Assembly: GCA_038889235.1 (NCBI GenBank)
Contig: JAWAHN010000001.1
Location: 614,499 to 646,498 of the forward strand
Length of the DNA: 32,000 nt
DNA from: Candidatus Jordarchaeales archaeon
GTDB taxonomy: Archaea; Asgardarchaeota; Jordiarchaeia; Jordiarchaeales; Freyrarchaeaceae
Direction: 5' to 3'
Under the pieces are notes generated by a model that worked only from the letters and a program-made list of their open reading frames with translations, searched no databases and had not been told where the DNA came from. Position 1 is the stretch's first letter; each line of letters starts with the position of its first letter. Below are positions 9,901-18,177 of this stretch, one piece after another. The position numbers and the translations under genes were made by a program.

Positions 9901-10580
9901 AGCTAGAAGACTTGATTAGGGTTAAAGAGAAAGAGAAAAAGAACCTTGAGCCAGTGAATATGCTAGCCATAGAACTTTATGAAAAAGAGAGAAAGAGATA
10001 CGAGGAACTTATAAGTAGGAGAAACAAGCTCATCGAGGAAAGGGAGAGTATTCTCAACTTCATACGAGAAGTTGAGAAAGATAAGAGGAATACCTTCCTT
10101 TCAACCTTGTATACTGTTGAAAGAAACTTTAAACAGATTTTCTCTCTATTATCCCCCGGTGGTAGCGCGCGCTTCGTTTTAGAGAACCCGTCAGACCCAT
10201 TTTCAGGCGGCGTAATTATAGAAGCCTCGCCCGCTGGAAAGGAGATTAAAAGACTGGAGTTAATGTCAGGTGGTGAAAAATCGCTTACATCGCTGGCGTT
10301 GATATTCGCTATACAACAATACTACCCAGCTCCATTCTACATAATGGATGAAGTTGATGCATTTCTCGACGAGCAAAATGCCAATAGAGTGGCAGATTTG
10401 ATAAAGGAGCTCTCTAAAACATCTCAATTCATCGTAGTGTCGCTTAAAAAAGCCGTCATGAAAAAGGCAGATCAGATTATTGGTGTAACTTATATGAATG
10501 GTTCATCACATGTTTTCTCAATAGATATACAGCAGTGGCGGCAGGAGGAGCGGTTGGGGGGCGAAGAGGTTGCAATGTGA
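6996..10580 (+). CDS. smc: Chromosome segregation ATPase SMC (condensin-type)
   Basis: Walker A GPNGSGKSN, long coiled coils, hinge (GIYGTVAEL, GRVTFIPL, TLEGEILETSGVMIGG), signature MSGGEKSL and Walker B YIMDEVDAFLD. 1194 aa. Confidence 0.97.
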   Translation: MGDSTVYIKKIAIRGFKSFGNRKVIVNFSKGFVAIVGPNGSGKSNLLDAIRFGIGMMSAKSMRATSFSDLIYYSKDGKGRGAKYASVSLYLDNTDRRIPVDSDTVVITRQIDLEGRGVYKLNGRVVPRGQIVDLLEAAGISPDGYNMIPQGEILEVIRKGPVEIRRLFEDIAGIASFDEKKERAQKELEIAEQNLRENLAQLREVQSVVERLAREKEGALKYKRLDEEIRELRAKLCFAQLKRESEKLNKVVREIDEKREKIRMLQEEITNLQKEKVGIEETSKKMRMDAGLIEENLRALELKISETKKVLLEKKLTVNFKERELAEKDAQLQSLKKEVEAIKARMKEEERDLEKAMAEHKRLSEEAEAKQRLLRALRSQMESMDAEYVKIKEEMERLREELDELRKSEVQLETEKKLIEKDIANSQGILSAKKKKIEMLRNALESTRRELALVEEKKEQEEKEREKIAGELKLVEEEEERRGKETREIENIIQKLKEEIIKIKAINEERERILKSQSAVYEILKLRDKGVIDGIYGTVAELAKTKEEYALALEAAAGQRLNYVVVENDSVAVKCIDFLKKNRLGRVTFIPLNLVRPRPRSTIESGDGIIGAAIDLIEFDEKFRPAFEYVFGNTIIVNDLETARRLHDVRVRKVTLEGEILETSGVMIGGHLQRRQAVFLQEVGDLSKLEDELRRVEELRAYLISSSRSLATRKQSLMKELKQAERELYIYDSRIKEIAAKVSILEKEIEENEEEVKKHAEEIARKEEELKKVAEQILSLRSRISLLNDNLVQLEKTFSSSTAAVLQKQVKELENEIGALRGALSRLEVEIARKQTLVEEHLMMTLREKEEALVRISEETERLKASLGVARSELDTLTRELELLEEERKKLAEKKEQVRAELDKLSKESAKISAELEKLVDASKKLELEVRGAEVEKNFIEETINKLQKQAEEYSSYSFDDVDVVDFKELEDLIRVKEKEKKNLEPVNMLAIELYEKERKRYEELISRRNKLIEERESILNFIREVEKDKRNTFLSTLYTVERNFKQIFSLLSPGGSARFVLENPSDPFSGGVIIEASPAGKEIKRLELMSGGEKSLTSLALIFAIQQYYPAPFYIMDEVDAFLDEQNANRVADLIKELSKTSQFIVVSLKKAVMKKADQIIGVTYMNGSSHVFSIDIQQWRQEERLGGEEVAM

Positions 10581-11298
10581 AAATGTGGTTAAACAGAAAA
10601 ACAAACCCTTCTGGCTTGACCCCCCCTGGTCTATTTTAATTGACCCCTCAAAAGCAAGTGACGACCCATGGAGTGTTAATGTAGCCGAGCTTATAATTGG
10701 GTTTCTAGAGAAAATGCGTGAGATGGAATGCTTTAACTACTGGGTTTCTGGAAAGGCGCTCCTATCTGCATCAATAATCCACCGTCTGAAGACAGAGATA
10801 CTACTTCAACTAGCATATATGAAGGATAGTAAAAAGGAGGAAGAAAGAGAAAATGTAGGAAAATTTGACATACCTCCGATACCTATGCCGTTTCGAATAA
10901 CGAGTCGTAAAGTATCTCTTGCTGAACTATTATTTGCGCTGCAACAAGCCCTTCTAACAGAGCAAAAGCGTAGCACCAGGGTAAAAACAAGAGAGGCAGC
11001 TTCGGTAGTCGAGGAAGTGGAACCGGAAGAAGTTGTTCTGGACGCGCTCCATGAGGAGTGGGATGTTGAAGCAAAAGCTAACGAAGTATATTCAAAGGTT
11101 GTTTCTCTCGGACAAGAGATCGTTACCTTTTCAAGTTTGGTTGGTGGAAGCAAGGCAAATCGTGAAATTATCATTGAAACATTTCTCGCGTTACTTTTCC
11201 TCTCAATTAGAGGAGCGGTTTACATTTGGCAGGAAAAACCGGGAGGAGAGATATACATCATGGAGGGTGAAAAGTGGAGGAAAATGTTAAGGCAATAG
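10570..11298 (+). CDS. scpA: Kleisin ScpA
   Basis: DPWSVNVAEL...GKALLSASIIHRLKT N-terminal kleisin motif and C-terminal IIETFLALLFL. Overlaps the end of smc. Confidence 0.88.
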   Translation: MQCENVVKQKNKPFWLDPPWSILIDPSKASDDPWSVNVAELIIGFLEKMREMECFNYWVSGKALLSASIIHRLKTEILLQLAYMKDSKKEEERENVGKFDIPPIPMPFRITSRKVSLAELLFALQQALLTEQKRSTRVKTREAASVVEEVEPEEVVLDALHEEWDVEAKANEVYSKVVSLGQEIVTFSSLVGGSKANREIIIETFLALLFLSIRGAVYIWQEKPGGEIYIMEGEKWRKMLRQ

Positions 11299-11810
11299 TT
11301 GAAGCCGCCCTCTATGCTGCCGGTAGACCACTAACAATAGACCAGATTTCCAAAATAGCAGGCGTTGAAGGAAGACTAGTGAAGAAAATAGTTTTAGAGA
11401 TAATGAAAGAGTACAGAGAAAGAGATAGTGCCATAGAAATAGTTGAACTTCCAGGGTCACGCTATGCTATGCAGCTTAAGGCTGCTTACTCTTCAAAGGT
11501 TAAAGACCTAGTTCCTGGAGGACTATTGTCGCTTGGAGAGCTCAAAACGTTAGCGTACATTGCGTTAATGCAGCCTGTAAAACAGTCACAGGTAATTAAA
11601 GCTAGGGGGAGCGCCGCGTACGCCCATATAAAGAGACTTGAGGGGCTGGGATTCGTAAGAGGGGAGACTGAGGGGAGAACGAAAATCCTATCCACGACAG
11701 AGCTTTTCGCAGATTATTTTGGCCTGCCATATGATGTGAAAAAGCTTAAGCTTCAGTTGAGGTGGAGAATGAGGGGTTTAGAGAGCACGGAGGAGGCGAA
11801 AACAAATTAG
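11274..11810 (+). CDS. scpB: SMC-Scp complex KITE subunit ScpB
   Basis: VEAALYAAGRPL, LKTLAYIALMQPV, HIKRLEGLGFV and TTELFADYFGL. Follows scpA with SD GGAGGGTGA. Confidence 0.93.
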   Translation: MEENVKAIVEAALYAAGRPLTIDQISKIAGVEGRLVKKIVLEIMKEYRERDSAIEIVELPGSRYAMQLKAAYSSKVKDLVPGGLLSLGELKTLAYIALMQPVKQSQVIKARGSAAYAHIKRLEGLGFVRGETEGRTKILSTTELFADYFGLPYDVKKLKLQLRWRMRGLESTEEAKTN

Positions 11811-11813
11811 GGA

Positions 11814-12167
11814 TCACTTTACTTTTGAGAGAGCAAGTTTCAGGTTCCTTATTATGAGTCCTAATGAGTTCGTGGCGTCCTTTCCTGTTATCGCTAGAAG
11901 CCCCTTCTTTCCGGAGAAGGTAATTATCGTGAAGCCATTTTCACTTTCAACATAAGCTACTGAAGCATTGCCTTTATCAACTGACTGGCTGAGTTTTTTT
12001 GCAGCCTCAATTATTGCCGCTGCGTTCTTCGCTATCTCCGCATGTTTCATCTGCGTTATAGTCTGCCCTATTACTACATTCCCACTAGTGTCAAATACTA
12101 TCAAGCCCTCGAGTTCTGGTATCTTATCCATGAGTGAAGCCACTATTTCCTCAACTGATTCTCCCAT
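11814..12167 (-). CDS. Roadblock/LC7-like small protein
   Basis: About 117 aa with the Roadblock/profilin-like pattern: helix, EGLIVFDTSGNVV, helix, strands VAYVESENGFTII/LLAIT, and terminal LGLIIRNLK helix. Start placed at ATG 12167 (the ORF track opens at 12185). Confidence 0.7.
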   Translation of the reverse strand: MGESVEEIVASLMDKIPELEGLIVFDTSGNVVIGQTITQMKHAEIAKNAAAIIEAAKKLSQSVDKGNASVAYVESENGFTIITFSGKKGLLAITGKDATNSLGLIIRNLKLALSKVK

Positions 12168-12280
12168 GATAACCACCATAACCACACATTATGAATAAGA
12201 GCTCCCTCATCAATTCTGGGGTGAGCTTCAAGATAAGTTTTTCTGAATTCTAAAATTGTTAAAAGAAAAGTACTTTCTTT

Positions 12281-13207
12281 TTAATATTCAATTATGTATT
12301 TTCCACCTTCCATTTTCTTAATTAGACCGTAGGCCGCGAGTTCTTCTAATAATTTTTGGGTGCCATCTGTGTGCGCGGGAGATGGACTCCCATAAAGGTA
12401 TCCTATAATGTCAAACAAAGAGTAGCATGTCTGTACTTTCCTACATGCTATTTCGAGCAGAGATTCGTAGAACCTCAAAATCTGTTGTTCTAATAACACT
12501 ATGTTTAAAGAGGTCTGTTTCAGTGCTGAGTACACACTTTTTTCCTTCAGTGGGAAGAAAACCTTGAAGCCTAGATCATTTGCTTCTCTCACCACGTTGA
12601 TTATTTCTTCTAACCATTGGGAAGGATATTCCGACAATTTACCGTCTAGATAATATTCCAGGAAAAGAAGGTCTATATTCTTTGAAAGGAGTTCTACAAG
12701 CAGGCTGATCCGCTCTTTCCATGCCTTGACTAACAGCAGCAACCTTTTCTTTGGTTTAAGTTTTTCGAGATCTTTTCCGATCACTTCGCCTATTACTCCG
12801 ATGTCAATTCGCGGGTTTTGGTCGAAACGCGGTGTTTCTCCGCCGCAGAGAAGCATAGCGTACGATAGACTTTTTAAGTCGCTGAGAAACTTCCTGAGAT
12901 TTGTGTAATTGCAAAGAAAGCTGAACTTAGCGTCCCCGCATTTTTGCGATAAGTTGTTAATAAGGGGCATTAGAGACGCAAAGACCTCTGAGAGACCTAG
13001 ATAGAAGAATCTGATGTCCGTAGCTCTCTTAGAGGCATCTATTTGCACTTTCATCTTTTTGCCAGTTATCCTTACATCCCATAGGATGCTGCAGTTTTCG
13101 ATTCCGCCTGATGAGTTCCACTTAATGTCCATGTCATCATCGCATACTACCACAGAGCACTTATTTCTTAGGTTTAAATATGAACAAGGATAAACTATGC
13201 AAGACAA
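12281..13207 (-). CDS. Hypothetical protein (308 aa), possible C-terminal winged helix
   Basis: Long ORF with SD GGGAGGA before TTG. No family recognised. Confidence 0.75.
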   Translation of the reverse strand: MSCIVYPCSYLNLRNKCSVVVCDDDMDIKWNSSGGIENCSILWDVRITGKKMKVQIDASKRATDIRFFYLGLSEVFASLMPLINNLSQKCGDAKFSFLCNYTNLRKFLSDLKSLSYAMLLCGGETPRFDQNPRIDIGVIGEVIGKDLEKLKPKKRLLLLVKAWKERISLLVELLSKNIDLLFLEYYLDGKLSEYPSQWLEEIINVVREANDLGFKVFFPLKEKSVYSALKQTSLNIVLLEQQILRFYESLLEIACRKVQTCYSLFDIIGYLYGSPSPAHTDGTQKLLEELAAYGLIKKMEGGKYIIEY

Positions 13208-13374
13208 AGATAATCCTCCCTGTAGGTCTGTTGAAGGAAAACTGATCAGTAAAGGGAATTCTATAATATTCTTTCACGCTGGGAGATATAAATGTAAAAG
13301 AAAAAGTGGAATATTCATATAGTTGCCCTTTTATAATAATGAGTTGATGCTCTGTAGAAAAAGAGGGTTTAAAC

Positions 13375-14007
13375 ATGACGCTTACCGAGTCTCAAAGAAA
13401 GGTGCTTGAAAAGCTGGAAAAACAGGTTCAGGAGCTATCTGAAAAGTTAGCTCAAAAGGACGAAGAGCTGGAAAGCGCAAAGAACAAGATGAAAGAGTTG
13501 GAAGACGCGCTCAACAAGGAAAGAAAAGAGAAAGAAGAAGCATTTAGAAGAGAAGAAGACTTGAAAAAGCAACTGTTAGAGAAGACAATGGAATTGGAGG
13601 AGAAAAATAGGGCAATTGCTCGTTTAGAGGAAGAAATTAGAACGATAAGCAAAAAGTTGAAAGAAGCTGAGCAGTTGGACGAGGCAAAAACCAAAGAAAT
13701 GCGGGGCAAAATAGAGGAACTTAAAAGAGTTGAAACAATCCTGGCGGAGAAAGACCTTACGATTAAAATGCTGGAGGGAGAGCTAGAATCCGCTAAGAAA
13801 CTATTGGAGAGACTTAAAAAAATACTGCAGAGAGATGCTAAGTTCAGAGTGTTCTTAATTCTTCAGGAGTCGGGAAAGCGGGCCATCGATGAACTGAGTA
13901 AGAGCACTGGGTTGAGTATTGTTCAGCTGAAAGCGATAATTTCTGAGCTTAGGTCTATGGGACTTGTAGAACTAAATGGCGAGTACGTTACAGCAGTGTT
14001 GCCCTAA
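13375..14007 (+). CDS. Coiled-coil protein with C-terminal winged-helix/HTH
   Basis: About 150 aa of E/K/L heptads followed by FRVFLILQESGKRAIDELSKSTGLSIVQLKAIISELRSMGLVEL. Confidence 0.8.
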   Translation: MTLTESQRKVLEKLEKQVQELSEKLAQKDEELESAKNKMKELEDALNKERKEKEEAFRREEDLKKQLLEKTMELEEKNRAIARLEEEIRTISKKLKEAEQLDEAKTKEMRGKIEELKRVETILAEKDLTIKMLEGELESAKKLLERLKKILQRDAKFRVFLILQESGKRAIDELSKSTGLSIVQLKAIISELRSMGLVELNGEYVTAVLP

Positions 14008-14064
14008 AAACGAAACCACATATGTCGATTAAGCTTAGTTGTTTTCTAGTGATTTTTCTAGGTT

Positions 14065-14898
14065 TTACGTGTAATATGTTTCGGTTGGTTCCCTTTCGCG
14101 TTCGTCTCTTAACGAAGCTACAATTCTTCTCATTATTTCTGGGGGTACAGTCTCTTCTTTTCTCAGTTCTTGCTCCATTTTTTCAGCGTGCTTCTCTAAG
14201 AAGCTTGTGTCAACTCTTAATCCGTACATACTGCAAAGAACGTCTATCAATGCCTTTGACGAGCGAGGGTTGAAAGCGATTCCGGAATGGCCTTCAGCTA
14301 ACAGGGAGACTCCATCTATGCCATACTTAGGGGCGAGGAGAGGGATAGTACCGTTCAGTCCGGATATTCGTCCTCCTCTGAGGGGGACGACGTTTTCTAT
14401 AGAAAGGAAGTCTTCTAAGAGCTTCTTGTTTGTAGCTGAAACGTACACTTTGGGGTTTTTAACATAGTGAGTTGCTCCGAAGCATCCGAGAGAAACTATA
14501 GTTTCAACTGAAAGTTTTTGCATTAAGTGAAGGAGTATATGAGCTATTAGATTACTCCCTAGAGGAGTGAAGGGTTGAGTGTATGACGAAATGAAAAGGT
14601 AATCCCTGCTATCTCCCTTCAGTAAGTAGACAAATATCGAGAAGGAGTCAAACCAGTCTGCGAAAACACCGTCTTCAACTAAGGCTACTGCGGGTATATC
14701 TAGGTTTGGAATTTTCAAAATGGGACGGGCTTTGAGTTTGGCGGTCATGTAGTCGACAGCAACGAGACCAACGTTCCCTATTCCTGCAAAGCCCTGGAAC
14801 ACTATAGGGCGCTTTAGCTTTAACTTGTCAATGTCAAGACCTTTCTTAAGTGCTTTAACCTTTAACAACTCTCCAAACTTTAGATCTTCCAAGATCAT
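14065..14898 (-). CDS. PAC2-family (proteasome assembly chaperone-like) protein
   Basis: QGFAGIGNVGLVAVDYM, IVSLGCF, GRISGLNGTI and PRSSKALIDVL pattern typical of archaeal PAC2 proteins. Confidence 0.85.
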   Translation of the reverse strand: MILEDLKFGELLKVKALKKGLDIDKLKLKRPIVFQGFAGIGNVGLVAVDYMTAKLKARPILKIPNLDIPAVALVEDGVFADWFDSFSIFVYLLKGDSRDYLFISSYTQPFTPLGSNLIAHILLHLMQKLSVETIVSLGCFGATHYVKNPKVYVSATNKKLLEDFLSIENVVPLRGGRISGLNGTIPLLAPKYGIDGVSLLAEGHSGIAFNPRSSKALIDVLCSMYGLRVDTSFLEKHAEKMEQELRKEETVPPEIMRRIVASLRDEREREPTETYYT

Positions 14899-15158
14899 TT
14901 TATAGCCTCAGAACCCTTTTTCAATTAAAAACTACGTAGAAGCCAATTTCAATTTTTCCTATGAGCGAAAAATAGTTTGGACAAAGTGTTTTACGTATAG
15001 GATAAACATGTTCTGTCGAGAACAATGAATAGAGAGGAAGTTTTATGTAACACGATAAGTTTTTTAAAACTTTCCCTTTCGTTCCCTTTGTATTCTCCTT
15101 ATCTTTAAGATGGAAGCTAAGGAACATGCAGAAAACAAGGTTAAGTGAGGTGCATTCA

Positions 15159-15329
15159 ATGAAAGCAACTTGCCCTGAATGCTACTTCGAGTTTGATGTG
15201 AAAAAGGAAGTGATCATCGGGGAGATAATCGATTGCCCTGACTGCGGGGCGGAGCTCGAGGTAGTCAGTATTAATGATGAGGAAATAACACTTCAACCTG
15301 TTACAGTAGAAGAGGACTGGGGCGAATAA
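15159..15329 (+). CDS. lysW: Amino-group carrier protein LysW
   Basis: MKATCPEC...CPDCGAELEV...EEDWGE C-terminus. ATG 15159 follows SD GAGGTG. Confidence 0.96.
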   Translation: MKATCPECYFEFDVKKEVIIGEIIDCPDCGAELEVVSINDEEITLQPVTVEEDWGE

Positions 15330-15333
15330 TTGG

Positions 15334-16188
15334 ATGATCCTCGGAATAGTACATAATAGGATAGCGTGGGAAGAAAAAGAGATAATAGAGACTGCTAAGC
15401 AGAAAGGTGTAACTGTAAAACTATTTGATAGTAGAAATTTAGATATAGAGGTGACAGGGGAAAAGTGCAGCGTTGACGCCGTCGACATTTTCCTTCAAAG
15501 ATCTATCAGCTATCTTAAGGGACTATATTCCACGCTCGTCCTAGAGGCTATGGGGTACAGGGTGGTTAACTCGTTTAAATCACAAGAGATATGTGGCGAT
15601 AAACTTAGGACAACAATAGCTCTTAAGAAGGCAGGGCTTCCTCTTCCAAAAACTTACTTAGCGCTTTCGTGCGATGCAGCATTAAGGGCACTTGATAAGC
15701 TCGGTTACCCTGCGATAACAAAGCCGCTAATAGGAAGTTGGGGTCGTTTGGTGGCGATCCTTAACGATCCTATATCAGCCAAAGCAATATTTGAGGCAAA
15801 AGAGACTCTTGGTGAAATGATTCACAAGATATACTATATTCAGGAGTATGTTAACCACAATGCACGAGATCTAAGAGTCTTCGTTATAGGAGATGAAGTT
15901 GTTGCGGCAATGTACAGATACGTTCTCCCGAACGATTGGAGAAGCAATGCTACGATAGGTGGTAAGACGGAAGAGTGTAAAATAACAGACGAGATAGCGG
16001 AGTTAGCTATAAAGGCTGCAAAAGCAACTTTCAGCGAGATAGCAGGGATTGACATGCTTGAAGGAAAGGATGGCTTACTCCTCAACGAAGTAAACCATAA
16101 CCCAGGATTTCAACACATTGTTGCGACGACAAAAGTCGATATAGCGGGAAAGATCGTAGATTATTTAATAAAAGAGTGCAAAGTTTAA
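15334..16188 (+). CDS. lysX: LysW ligase, ATP-grasp LysX/ArgX family
   Basis: CGDKLRT, KPLIGSWGRLV, YIQEYV, DLRVFVIG, WRSNATIGG and NEVN. Directly follows lysW. Substrate (glutamate or aminoadipate) is not determinable by eye. Confidence 0.9.
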   Translation: MILGIVHNRIAWEEKEIIETAKQKGVTVKLFDSRNLDIEVTGEKCSVDAVDIFLQRSISYLKGLYSTLVLEAMGYRVVNSFKSQEICGDKLRTTIALKKAGLPLPKTYLALSCDAALRALDKLGYPAITKPLIGSWGRLVAILNDPISAKAIFEAKETLGEMIHKIYYIQEYVNHNARDLRVFVIGDEVVAAMYRYVLPNDWRSNATIGGKTEECKITDEIAELAIKAAKATFSEIAGIDMLEGKDGLLLNEVNHNPGFQHIVATTKVDIAGKIVDYLIKECKV

Positions 16189-16297
16189 GTCCTCGATTTG
16201 ACGTTTCGGCCGCAAAGTTTTAAACAATAGGAGATACGCAACTTTAATCCAACTATTATGCTGAGAAGTAGGTTTAGAGAGCCAAGTGGGTGTTGCC

Positions 16298-17098
16298 ATG
16301 AAAATAGTGGTTAAGGTAGGTGGAAGTTTAGCAGGTAATGAACTTGAAAAAGTTGTAGCAAACATTTCGCTAGCAGCCAAGGATAACCAGGTAGTTGTGG
16401 TCCATGGTGGAGGGGCACAAATTAACAATATTTCTGAAAGGTTAGGTAAAAAACCTGCTTACGTTACATCGCCGAGCGGGTTTGAAAGCAGATACACAGA
16501 CGAGGAGACGAGAGATATTGCTGTTATGGCTATGGTCGGAAACGTGAACAAGAGAATAGTCTCCCTCTTGAATGTTAATGGGGTTGGTGCTGTTGGGATT
16601 TCAGGTGTCGATGGACCAACTCTCATAGCTAAGAGGAAAGATAAAATAATAGTGCAGGAAGGGGATAGGAAAGTTGTTTTAAGAGGGGACTACAGTGGAA
16701 GAATTGAAAAAACAGACGGAACATTGATTTCTTTTCTTCTATCGCTAGGATATGTTCCAGTAGTAGCACCTATAGCCATAAGCACTGACGGAGAGCTTGT
16801 CAACGTCGACGGGGATAGAGCTGCTGCTAACCTTGCCAAAGTTATAAATGCGGACATACTTATTTCTGCAACGGACGTAGCTGGGGTTATTTTGAACGGT
16901 GAGGTCGTAAGGCGATTGACCATCGAAGAAGCGGAAAAACTGCTCCCCAAAATTGAGGGAGGAATGAGGAAGAAGCTTTTCGCCGCTATTGAAGCACTAA
17001 AAATTGGAGTACCTACCGTAGTGATATGTAACGGGGCCGCGGAAAATTCTGTGGTTAAAGCCGCTAGGCTGGAACATGGAACGGTGATCACTAAATGA
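16298..17098 (+). CDS. lysZ: [LysW]-aminoadipate/glutamate kinase
   Basis: VVKVGGS, VHGGG, SPSGFESRYTD, NVDGDRAAA and GGMRKKL. Confidence 0.92.
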   Translation: MKIVVKVGGSLAGNELEKVVANISLAAKDNQVVVVHGGGAQINNISERLGKKPAYVTSPSGFESRYTDEETRDIAVMAMVGNVNKRIVSLLNVNGVGAVGISGVDGPTLIAKRKDKIIVQEGDRKVVLRGDYSGRIEKTDGTLISFLLSLGYVPVVAPIAISTDGELVNVDGDRAAANLAKVINADILISATDVAGVILNGEVVRRLTIEEAEKLLPKIEGGMRKKLFAAIEALKIGVPTVVICNGAAENSVVKAARLEHGTVITK

Positions 17099-18177
17099 TT
17101 AACGCTATAGAGTTTCTGAAGGAGCTCTTAGAAATACCAAGTCCTTCGGGAAGTGAAGGTGAAGTTGCCCTTTTCCTTTCGAAAAGATTGGATAAGTGGG
17201 GGTATCACGTAGAAGTTGACCGTGCTGGGAATGTTGTGGCCCAGTTGGGCGAGGGGGAACCGGTATTACTTCTGGCTTCACATTTGGACACAGTTCCGGG
17301 ACACTTTCCAGTGAGGGAGGAAGGGGGCAAAATATTTGGTAGAGGTGCTGTCGACGCTAAAGCATCCGTTGCCGCTATGGCTATAGCCGGAGTGGAGGCG
17401 GCCCGCTCAGAAATAAGGGGGAAGATAGTGTTTGCAGGAATAGTGGAGGAGGAAACAAGTCTTAGGGGTATTCAAACACTTCTTGAAGAGCTCCCAAGTA
17501 TCAATTACGCTATTTTCGGTGAGCCGACGGGAAAAAGCAGGGTTTGTTTAGCTTCCAAGGGAAGGTTATTATTAAAAATAGATGTACGAGCCACTGACAG
17601 CGGCCATGTGGCTTGCTCTTGGAGGTATAAGAATGCCATCGAAGAAGCCTTTAATCTTTGGACCCTGTTGAAGAAAGAGCTTTCGAAGATGGGGGGCTCA
17701 TATTTTTCATCCACAATACCTAACTTGACCATTTTTCAGGGAGGCAACGCCCCCAACATTACTCCTGAGCAGTGTTCGTTCTATGTGGACGTTAGGTTTC
17801 CGCCAGGCATGAACTCAGCGCAACTTTTGAAAGTTAGTGATGACGTAATAGAAGCTTTTAGGAAAAGCAGCGGTTTAAAGGTCGATTACAACATTTTGAG
17901 CCAAATAGAAGGATTTAGAACTAGCAAGCAAACTGTACTTGTGGAAGCGTTAGTGCGAGCGATAAAAGAAGAGTTAGGAGAAGAAGCGAAATTTATTAAG
18001 AAGACAGGGACATGCTTCATGAACCTGATAGGAAAACACTTCAATGTCCCAGTTGTTTGTTACGGTCCAGGAGACCCTGCACTTGAACATTCTCAAGAAG
18101 AAAGCATAGATGCGGAGGAATACTTAGCAGCAATAAGGGTATTGACTAGAACGATATGCTATGTATTGTCGAACTAG
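17095..18177 (+). CDS. lysK: [LysW]-lysine/ornithine hydrolase, M20 family
   Basis: SHLDTVPG, GRGAVDAK, VEEE and YGPGD...H. Translationally coupled to lysZ. Confidence 0.88.
   Translation: MINAIEFLKELLEIPSPSGSEGEVALFLSKRLDKWGYHVEVDRAGNVVAQLGEGEPVLLLASHLDTVPGHFPVREEGGKIFGRGAVDAKASVAAMAIAGVEAARSEIRGKIVFAGIVEEETSLRGIQTLLEELPSINYAIFGEPTGKSRVCLASKGRLLLKIDVRATDSGHVACSWRYKNAIEEAFNLWTLLKKELSKMGGSYFSSTIPNLTIFQGGNAPNITPEQCSFYVDVRFPPGMNSAQLLKVSDDVIEAFRKSSGLKVDYNILSQIEGFRTSKQTVLVEALVRAIKEELGEEAKFIKKTGTCFMNLIGKHFNVPVVCYGPGDPALEHSQEESIDAEEYLAAIRVLTRTICYVLSN

Noticed and set aside
14921-15127. Short ORFs in intergenic gaps (also 11..214, 4953..5156, 13161..13376, 22476..22706)
   Set aside because: They have low-complexity AT-rich or overlapping sequence, no SD or motif support, and coincide with probable promoter regions or real genes.
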